From positions 8,184,001 through 8,248,000 of the forward strand of contig OZ059895.1 of the NCBI GenBank assembly GCA_964057225.1: DNA of 64,000 bases, given 5' to 3'. Below the pieces are notes generated by a model. That model searched no databases, was not told the origin of the DNA, and worked only from the letters and a program-made list of their open reading frames with translations. The translations under genes were made by a program, and so were the position numbers. Positions 54,578 through 64,000 of the stretch are shown in pieces. Position 1 is the stretch's first letter; each line of letters opens with the position of its first letter. Source of the stretch: Auanema rhodensis. Lineage: Eukaryota; Animalia; Nematoda.

Positions 54578-56120
54578 ATGTCTCATTTTGAAGAAGCATT
54601 GGGTTCCCAATCTGATCATCGTGTTCTCTCCATTCAGAGTCATGTTGTGCACGGCTATGCTGGAAACAAGTGCTCCGTTTTTCCAATGCAGGTAAGCTTG
54701 TTCCAATAATTTTTCTGAATCTTCATTATTTCCTTAATAATTCGTAGCATGGAATAAAGTAGTCTAATCGGTTTTTGTTATTTTTATTTTCCTTTTCAGC
54801 TCCATGGCTTCGAAGTAGATTTCATCAACAGTGTCCAGTATAGTAACCATGCGGGTAACGTGGAATATTTGACTTTACCGACAAGTAATTCCCATTTTGT
54901 TGCTTTGGCTTTTGATTTTGTTTTTGCGCCTTTAAGTTGGCTATTTTCTATCACGCAGTCCACAGTCGGTCCTCTTCACCGTTTTATGTTTTTTTCTTCT
55001 ATTATAATACTATAAAGATCAAGTTTTATTTAGGATATGAACATCTTAAAGGACAAAAACTGACTGATGTAGAGCTTCAAGAACTTTATGATGGCCTGAA
55101 ATTGAATAAAATCAATAATTATACCCATATCTTAACAGGTATAAATTAATTTTAATTTATTCTATTATATATACTTATAAGGATATTGTGGTAATGTTGA
55201 TTTCCTAATGAAAATTGGTGAAGTTGTTCAAGACCTTAAAAGAATTAATCCTTCCACTAAATTCTGTAAGTTTTTAAAATAATCTTATTAGCTATCAGTC
55301 TAATGTTATAGTTTGTGATCCTGTCATGGGTGATAATGGAAGATATGTAATTTATTTTCTATAATTTAAAATTTTTAATAATGATAATTCTAGTATACAC
55401 CAAAAGAATTACTTCCTGTTTACAGGGACATAATCATTCCTTTAGCCGATGTTTTAACTCCAAATGCTTTTGAGCTCGGGTTTGGCTTTGAATCATATGA
55501 TATACATGCTATTCTTATCTTTTTAAGAGAATTAGTTGGATTCCCTATTGAAACTGAAACGGATTGCTTCAAGGCTATTGATATAATACATCAGAAAGGA
55601 GTTGGTACTGTTGTAGTTACTAGTGGAGTTTCAAAAGCTCAATCAGAAAATACCTTATCATGCTTTGCTAGCTGTATTCGTAAGTTTTCATTTCTAAACT
55701 TAGAATCATACATTCATTTCAGAAAATGGAAATAAGAAGAGTTATCGTTTCAATTTTCCTCGTTTGATTGGACAATTTGTAGGAACAGGTACTTACCCAC
55801 TCATATGTTTTACTTGGTTTTTTGTTATTTCTTAAGGTGATGTCTTTGCATCTTTGTTAGTTGTTCATCTTACTGAATGTAATGGTAATGTAGCACAAGC
55901 AGTAGGCAAAATCATTGGTAGTTTACAAGGATTATTAAGAAAAACCAGCGAATATGCACAGAGTAAGATTAAAGTTAAACCAATCACATAACTTAAAACT
56001 AAAATTACAGAACAAGTCGAACAAAGTTCTACTGCCTTGTGTGAGCTTAGATTGGTCCAATCTCGTAAGGATCTGTTGATTCCTCCAGAAATAGTCAAGG
56101 CCATAGAGATCGAACCATAG
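54578..56120 (+). CDS. pdxk-1: Pyridoxal kinase
   Basis: [58 protein letters not shown]; stop TAG at 56118-56120. Confidence 0.97.
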
Positions 56121-56366
56121 AACAGTTAATTTAGTTCAATTAACAGACCAAGAATTCCTTTTATTTATTTTTTTTTGTAAAATATTTATAGTTGTAATAG
56201 GAATACATTATATTAACAAAAATGTACAATATCTTTGGCAAGAATACAAAAACTAGTATAATTTCTTTTTAAAATGCAAATTAATTATGCTTTCATCATA
56301 CATAAATAAAAATAAGAAATATCTAAATGCTAGTAAAGCGTGAATTGGTTTCAATTAAAGTCCAAA

Positions 56367-57555
56367 TTATGGAGTCCCGTCCTCGGCTTGAAAAATTGTC
56401 CTTTGAGGATTCTTATTGACCACTTGATCATATGCAGGTGGATTTCTATCTTCTGAACGATGAAGTGATGACAATTGAAATAATTTGAAGAAAGTTTTAC
56501 ATACCAACATTAGAGTCGCTTAATGAAGCAGAAGCAATACCAATGTTAGGAACAACCGGATTTACAGCGCCACGTACAACATTAATTCCTGGATACTGCT
56601 GTTTCTGTAATTAACTATTAAATACGTAAATACATCAGTGAACTTACAATCTTTTCTACCAATCTCATTTCAAGTGTATGTATGTTTTTGCGATCCAAGT
56701 AATTACGACACCTAAAAATTCAACCTGATTTGGTCAAAACTTTAAAGCTTACTTGGACACAGAATATAGCATAAAGCTTTGTATAACTACAAGAATTATA
56801 TACATTATTGTCTCAATAAATAATCCCTGTAAAAGAAAAATTGTTTTAAAATTAACTAAAAGAAAATTACCATGGGATCGTGTTCCCGGATTTCATAAAT
56901 AAGGGTAAGTGTAACCCAACGATTTCTACAGAAAAATAATTATGAAATTGGAAAAAAAAAGTTACAAACTCACAATACAATAAAGAACAGAGCGCTCTCT
57001 ATGACGATTATAGTCATGTATACAATAATAAAAGGTACAAGAAGTTTTGGATCAGACATTTTTATGCCTCTGATAACACCCCAGTGAATTGCTAATCCAC
57101 CAACCAAAAATAAGAACAGACCCACTAAAATTTCAAATACTTACTGGTAAGATTACGAGTTTTAAACTTACTCAAAGCGCTGACATCAATGCCTCGATGG
57201 TGATTACGCCAATCAAATTCGAATAGTACAGAAAGAACAATGAACATAGTCAGTGACATACCAACTCCAACAGACATCTAAAAGAAGATACAGGTTTGGA
57301 ATATTCGTACTTAACAAACCACTGCAGCTCTTTGAGAATGGGTTCTGAAAACTAGGAACTCCTTGCTGTCTTCAATAAAAGGAGCAACATGAACTGTTGT
57401 AGGAGGCGGTTTATCATCTCGTTCTTCACCTAAAAATTGAAGTTCGAGACAAATGTGGATAAGAATATTAAATCCATACCTGGTAACCCAAAACGTGAAT
57501 ATGAGACAATATTGTGGTCCCCATGTGTTTTGAACCACGTAATAAGACGTTGCAT
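56367..57555 (-). CDS. Four-TM LAPTM-like membrane protein with a C-terminal PPAY motif
   Basis: Spliced MQRLITWFKTHG...; four hydrophobic helices, GIKMSDPKLLVPFI, cytosolic tail RNPPAYDQV...DGTP*. Confidence 0.8.
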
Positions 57556-57757
57556 TACTAAATATAATTTTAATAATAATAATTTTAACAATAATACAGA
57601 TATTACAAAGAAGACAAGAACTTCTTTTGTTAAAAATAGAAATTATATAACTAAAAATGAATTTTTATTTGTCATCTAAATTATTATATATCACAGTGAC
57701 GTCATCACATTTCGATCTACTTATTTATCTTTCATGAGACTAGATGATATGTTAAAA

Positions 57758-59689
57758 CTATTCGTTTAAATGTTGCTCCATAGATTGCTTTGAAGCCTTT
57801 AAAGCTTTACGTTCTAAAGTCAAACCAATAAAGCCATGCCACACACAGAAGACTGCAGCAACTGTGAAGAAAAATCTGAATATATACATTTTTTAAAAGT
57901 TCGTATAAAGTCAACTTACTTTGAGAATGCAAGCAGTATACCAAAATATACTTTGTTGGATAATATTTGTTCATCAAGCATAACACTAAGTAACAAAATC
58001 ACAACTAAGACAATTGCTGTACATACAAAGATCATGCGATCTTTTCGAGCCCTTCGTTGACCACCTAATTAGATAGAACATTTAGATAAAAATCGAATAT
58101 AAACAAGTCGAACCTGAAACAATTCCTATAGCTTCAATCAACAGAGGACGATTAGGTTCCCAAACAACAGTATCCTTAATATAGAGAAAGTTTTACAAAA
58201 TTGAAAATATTTTGAACCTCGCATTTATCTTCTTTGAAAGTGAAACGAGCATGAAGACCAACATGATCCGAATAATTGATTGATTCTCCTGGGATCTAAA
58301 AAATAAAAATAAAATAAATAAAATAAATATAACATTTTTAACCTTATTTAAAGTTATTTCACATTCTTCTAAATTAACTTGAGTTTTTCCACTTTTGAAA
58401 AGAATATAATCAATTCGTTTGCTTTCATCCTTTAATTATGTTATTTATAAAAATTTGAATAAACAGCTTGATTGCAACCTTTTCCTTTAGTGATGCATGA
58501 GTATAACTGTTATCTGGACGGTCACAAGTTCCTCCTTTTGGTACACCTCTACATGTCGAAAGTGAATGGCATGTATCATCAGCCGGGAGAGGTTCATGTG
58601 ACATTCTCCAAGCATCATATAATTTAGCTTGTGATAAAATAATTCTTAAAAGAAATATTAGAGCCAAAAACTTTAAAAAATGAAAAACCTAAAACCAAGA
58701 TCTTCGGGCTCCAGATTGAAATCTCCACAAACAACAGTCATATCAGCGCCGCGACAAGTATGTCTTACAAACTGGCTTAATTCGAAAGCTTGAGATGTTC
58801 TTCAAATTGAAATATTAACATTTGAATTCAAAACAATTTCAAACCTATGAGGTAAATAGAGATCATTTTCTCTATCATATTCAGCATGCAAATGAGTAGT
58901 ATAGAAATTGATATGTTTATCTTTATATTCTAATTCTACCATTCCAATAATCTAAAAATTTATTTTTTAATTTTTAATTTACAAATTATACATACTTTTC
59001 CACCAAACCAATCTCCTCTGTGAATATGATGAGCAAATCCATTCAGGGAATACCTGAGATGTGTTGAATATTAGTAAAAATGCAATGATATGAAAAACCT
59101 GTGAGTTAAAGTTGAAACAATTTTGTGTTGACTAAAAACACAAACACCACTACCAGTCCATCCAGAATGAAAGTAATGATGATAAGGATACCTAAAGCCA
59201 AATTAAACAAAACATAAGAAAAGAAAACGAACATATCAGAAAGTTGCTCAACTAAGTAATTATAATCCTCAGCTCCCCAAATCTCTTGAAGACCGATGGC
59301 ATCGTAAGGTTCACTATTGAAATGTTCAGACAACTTCTTCAACCGAAAACGTCGATCCTAACAGACATGGTATCATGTTAAACACATTCGATTACGATCG
59401 TATACCTTACTCCCAATAGGCCATGGTTGTGGAAGACACCATACATTAAGTGTAATTACACGAAATTCATTGCTATCGGTCATACCTGTAAAAATAATTA
59501 ATTTAAAAAAAAAACGAGAAAAATTATGTTAACAGAGGTAAAAGAAGGCATAAGACAGGCACTAGAAAAACATTTTAAAACCACAATGTGAACAGGAAAA
59601 ACAGGCGAAACTACAATCCAATTACCCCTTAGCGAGCTTGATTTGGAGTTTAAAGGCTCCATGTCAGACTGCAATATCTGCGGCTCCAT
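57758..59689 (-). CDS. SMPD2: Neutral sphingomyelinase (SMPD2/nSMase1-like, EEP fold, two C-terminal TM helices)
   Basis: RVITLNVW, GLQEIW, HSGWTGSG, YSLNGFAHHIHRGDWFGGK, TTHLHAEY, CGDFN, YSDHVG; first exon 59689-59626 joins in frame ahead of a second Met at 59483. Confidence 0.94.
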
Positions 59690-59840
59690 ATAGGTCTAAA
59701 TTCAACATGGACAAACAAAATATTATATTAATTAGATAATAATGATTTGGATTGAACCAAACATGAATTAAAATATAACAAAATTCAAAATTTACCCGTT
59801 TTATTACAAAATTCTAACAACTATTTTGAAAACATAATGA

Positions 59841-61595
59841 TTATAGCAAGACTTGCATTAATTCCGTCAAGGAGAACTCTCCTTTCGGGATTAGATCGGC
59901 ACTATGAGGTTCAGTAGTTAAATATTCCATTTTAGGTGTCTGAAATAATGTTTCTGTTAAGAGTATAGCGATAACTCATACCTCATTAAGAGTAGTTTCA
60001 GTCACTTTACCAAGTACGACTATACGAGGAATACCAATTTTATTCATTTCTTTTAACCGTTTTCCAATGCTTTGATCACATCTAAATATATTATTAATAT
60101 TAAAAATTTCAAACATCGAGGGAGCAACCTATCATCTACTAGTACACCGCCTTTCATGAGTTTATTGATCGAAGATGTAGTCATTTCAACTAGAACGTTC
60201 GACATCAAGTTCTGAAAAAATATTTTTCAAGCTTCTTCAATTAATTGTTCATGTAAAAACCTTAGAAACAACTATTGCCGCATCAAATGGTGCAACTGCT
60301 TTGGGAAGACGAATAACATCTTCAGATGGAGACAAAGCTTCGATTGCTGCCGGTAGCAACCTGAAGAAGCTAATCTTCATTGAAAATTTTTCTTAATAAT
60401 CACCTGGAAACACCGATTCCAAAACAGCACATATCGAGAGGTTTACCGCTATGAAAAGCTTTCAGTACTTCAGTATACCTTAATTTGTATCGATAGGATG
60501 AAGAAATTTATAAAAAAATACTTTGTTCCTAATTGGAAAGTATGGCCGATCTCAACAGTGCTAAACGTTTCATGGTCCTCAGAAGAGCATTTTGCGCAAG
60601 CCGGCATCTTTTCACAGTCTTCAACTTTCACACCTTTTTTACAACTTAAATGATTAGACGAAAATTAATTACCAAATGTTTACACTAACGATTTACAATA
60701 ATGTATTCCATCTTCACCCAAAGAGTTTTTTATATGAAATTCATCGGATAAATTTCCTCCATGTACACCTGAGTCAGCAGGAACCTATATTCGAAGCGAA
60801 AATTCATAAAAGGATAAAGGTAAAATTACCTTATATACGTCAAGTTGCAACTTATCTCTTAATATTTTCTTATAAGCCAACAAGACTTGATTATAAGTTA
60901 CTTTAGCTGATTCATCATTCAAATCAAATGAGTATAAATCTTTCATGATAAATTGCCTCGCTCTGAGTAAACCAAATCTCAAAATATTTTTTTTACAATT
61001 ACTCTGTTTATTCTATTCAATATACCTTGGATTCATTTCATCTCGAAATTTGTCTGAAGTTTGGTAAAGAAGAAGTGGAAAAGTTGATTTTTTCAATTGA
61101 GGTAGTTGACTAACAACTTGTGTAATCATCTCCTCAGCCGTAGGCTTAAGATTGATCTATGACACTTTAAAAGTTTGTTTTCCTCTACCTGTAGGCAATA
61201 TTTTGAATCAGATCGATCATTCAGTTGCATTAATTCAGAACCCATACTTTCCCATCGTCCCGTTTTATCCCAAAGCTCTTTTGGCCCGAGAATAGTTGTT
61301 GACATCTATGTTGAATTGCAATATGAAATATCGAAATCAGCAAACCTTCAATGCTCCGATTGCTTCAAGTTCTTTATCAATTATCCTTGAAAGTCTGTCA
61401 ACTACTCTTTGACCCAAAGGTAAGAGACTGAAGTTAAGAAGTAACACATGGAAAACGTGAAAATCTATACCTGTATAAGCCTTTGCCCACAGGGTGAATA
61501 AATCCATTAGAAACGAGAAGGGATTGAGATATACTTTTAGTTGCAGGAATCGTGCATCCGTTCAGTAAATATCGGGAAGCATAGAATACAACCAT
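59841..61595 (-). CDS. pars-2: Mitochondrial prolyl-tRNA synthetase
   Basis: [60 protein letters not shown] and an anticodon-binding domain (GIP); stop TAA at 59841. Confidence 0.95.
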
Positions 61596-61703
61596 GGAGA
61601 GAAAAGTTCTTAGACCACCAGCTTTCAGAGCTTGTCGTCAGCTCAAAAACCTGTACGTCAAGTAAATGCGTATAAGAAGTGACCTACTCAGAACTGCTGA
61701 CAT

Positions 61704-62241
61704 GAAAATTGCTGAAACAGCAGAAAGACAGAGGCGTTCAAGTTTATAAATCGTAAGGCTCAATACAAATAGTTACGTTCAGCAGTATTTTCAAAGCAAA
61801 ATAAGGAGTACTCAATTGCTATCATTATATCCAACTGATAAGTAATAAAATTTCCGTAGTCTGGTAATCATATTTATATTGAGGTACAATTTTGGAATGT
61901 TTTTATACCTCAAATGCAATTGGTAATTTAGTTATTAAAAACATGAAATCAGATGAGCAAATATTCAATAACGTATTCATATTTTTAAACGCCGTTTTAT
62001 TGAAAATAAATACGTAACAAAACTAATCTTGGTGTTCCCATCTAATTCTCTGAAATGATATAGATGTGCCAACTATTATACACGAATGATTAAGCTTAAA
62101 TGGTACCACATATGAAAATATATGTGATAATTCGGTTATTTATTTCTTTTCCTATTTTATCAAATTTGCTTAAAAATACATTTGTTAAACTATTTTTCTT
62201 AATTTTATTTGTTTTCTAATTCAGAAGAACATTAAAAAGCA
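61704..62241. promoter_or_regulatory. Probable bidirectional promoter between pars-2 and eIF2B-beta
   Basis: About 540 bp between head-to-head housekeeping genes, each with a TTCAG acceptor just before its ATG. Confidence 0.5.
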
Positions 62242-63659
62242 ATGACAGAACCATTCAAAGGAGTGACGTTGTGCAATCAATTTATTGCTGATATGTTAAG
62301 GAGGTAACTTTTCTTTTCTTTATTTTGTTAATCGCAAGTAACTTGAAGGAAAGTAAGACGGTCATCGTTGGAAACTGCTCTTGAAACTCTTAAGTTAATT
62401 AGAAAAATAGTTGTTCAAGGAAAATTCAATACTATTGAGTAAGACATTTATTCAATGATTTGTTACTATATGCACTATCAAGGGAATTGTTAGATACCAT
62501 AACTGAACACGGCAGCCTCTTATGGGAATCTTTTCCTTCAGAATTGGTTATCAAGAACGCAGTTTTAATCTTCAGAAAACTTGTTAGAGACGAATGTAAA
62601 CGAATTCACAGCGGTATTTACAATTATTGTTAGATTCAAACTTATTTAGTTTAGATGCCGATGAGGATTTATCGGGAAATGATTCTTTAACAAATCTCTG
62701 GCATGATAACAAACGAAATACTTCCCATCCTTCAGATATAAAGAAAATAAAAAAAAATCTCATTGAAGCCATTAAAGAAGTATTTTTTTTTTAATAAATT
62801 CAATTCATTTCTTTTTTTTAGGTGGTAAACGAAATGGAAGCTTGTAGAGAGTTTATCGTATCTCGAGCCGGTGATTTGTTTAATACCAGAGAAGTAATTA
62901 TTATTTATGCTTTGAATAGTTCGCCTACACTTCAAGCTTTTGTTGAGAGTAAGAAGAAATCTAAGCTTCGGGTAAGTGTGTTAGAAATGTCCAAATAAAT
63001 TTTTTTTTCAGATTCTCTCTGTTGTTGATAGTACCGGTATCGACTCTTCTCCAGATTATTTGACCCCTGTTATGCTTTGTGATGTAGCAGGAGCTATTTG
63101 CGAGGCCACTAAGGTTTTACACCTTTTATCAATAAAATTAAATAATTTGATTTCAGGTTTTCTTACCAGGTGTTGCTGTATTTCCAGATGGTTCATGTCT
63201 TGCTCCCGCTGGATCTTTATCCATTTGTCTCTCAGCTCAACGGCATTCAGTTCCTGTTAACATATTGATAGCATTCTACAAAGTAGTTGAAGTGTATTAT
63301 TTATTTTTTCATATTATTATATAGATTACGCCGTTTTTCGTGCCTGATCTTACTGAAGTTAATCCTATGCTTGCTCCGGGTCTACCTTATTCTTGTGCCA
63401 AAAAGTTTGCAGGTTTGATTATGAAACTTCCTTTATGCATTTTCTTCGGTAAAACATTTTTAGGAAAAGTTCAAGTATTGCAACCTGCATTTGATGTAAT
63501 TCCCGCTTCCCTCGTTTCCATATATGTTACAAATTCTGCCTCAATCCCACCTTCACATGTGTATAGGTGAATACAGCCTTTTTTCTTTTACAATTTTTTA
63601 TTTTTGTTGTATTTAGGCTCATTGGTGATTATTATCATATGGATTCGAGTTTAATTTAA
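62242..63659 (+). CDS. eif-2Bbeta: Translation initiation factor eIF2B subunit beta
   Basis: SLETALETLKLIRKIV, PSELVIKN, KVFLPGVAVFPDGS, RHSVPV..FYKITP, PAFDVIPASLVSIYVTN..PSHVYRLIGDYYH; stop TAA at 63657-63659. Confidence 0.9.
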
Positions 63660-63843
63660 AGATGGGGGAAGAAATAGCTTCCAAAAAAAGAGAAACCTCA
63701 ATATATTTTAATTTTCTTTGTTCTGAAATAAGCTCGGTATAAAATTTCATGAGCTTCTAAATGAATTTTTTTCTCCGTAAATTTCTCAATAGTTCTTATG
63801 AATTATCATTAATTGTTTTCTTATATTACAACAATGACCAACA

Positions 63844-63929
63844 TTATTTTGGTAAAATATTGTAAGAAGACAAGTTCGGTAGAACGGCTAGAATTTCAGC
63901 GAATTTAGTCTCCGACTGTCCAACCATAC
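63844..63929 (-). CDS. Possible terminal exon of a gene beginning beyond the right edge
   Basis: GC-richer segment after a TAATAG acceptor, reading (G)MVGQSETKFAEILAVLPNLSSYNILPK*; frame and identity cannot be fixed from this window. Confidence 0.3.
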
Positions 63930-64000
63930 CTATTAATCATTTAATGAAATAATTTTATCTGGTAAAATAATAAAAACCAAAAACAATAGAAATATTACTC

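Noticed and set aside
1-64000. tRNA, rRNA, SL RNA, telomeric arrays, CRISPR, transposase or RT genes
   Set aside because: No diagnostic motifs seen by eye; small structured RNAs cannot be excluded without tRNAscan-SE and Infernal.

Overview
AT-rich eukaryotic genomic DNA from a rhabditid (clade V-like) nematode: short GT-AG introns of about 40-55 nt, TTTCAG-type acceptors just before start codons, and clear orthologues of C. elegans genes. Manual splicing supports 12 protein-coding genes. The left gene-dense block (1-23.4 kb) holds bli-4 (-, runs off the left edge), a MARVEL-domain gene (+), nse-4 (-), dnj-27/ERdj5 (+), pigv-1 (+) and a 4-TM LAPTM-like gene (-). The central block (about 24.5-53.5 kb) is gene-poor, contains only an RGK-family small GTPase (-, about 15 kb, several possible first exons) and carries roughly one (GA)n/(TC)n tract per kb between GC-richer islands. 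The right block (54.5-64 kb) holds pdxk-1 (+), a probable operon pars-2 > neutral sphingomyelinase > 4-TM PY-motif gene (-), and eIF2B-beta (+). The most notable signals are RNA-processing ones. (1) An array of in-phase alternative terminal exons in bli-4, with GCAUG-rich flanks. (2) An in-frame alternative 5' splice site that inserts 10 aa into the substrate-binding motif of pyridoxal kinase. (3) An in-frame, presequence-like N-terminal extension of mitochondrial ProRS broken by a single UGA-C. (4) A sharply bounded GAGA-microsatellite domain with ACGT-motif clusters around the RGK gene. I found no tRNA, rRNA, CRISPR array or transposase. Exon boundaries and orthologies come from manual reading and memory, not from searches.
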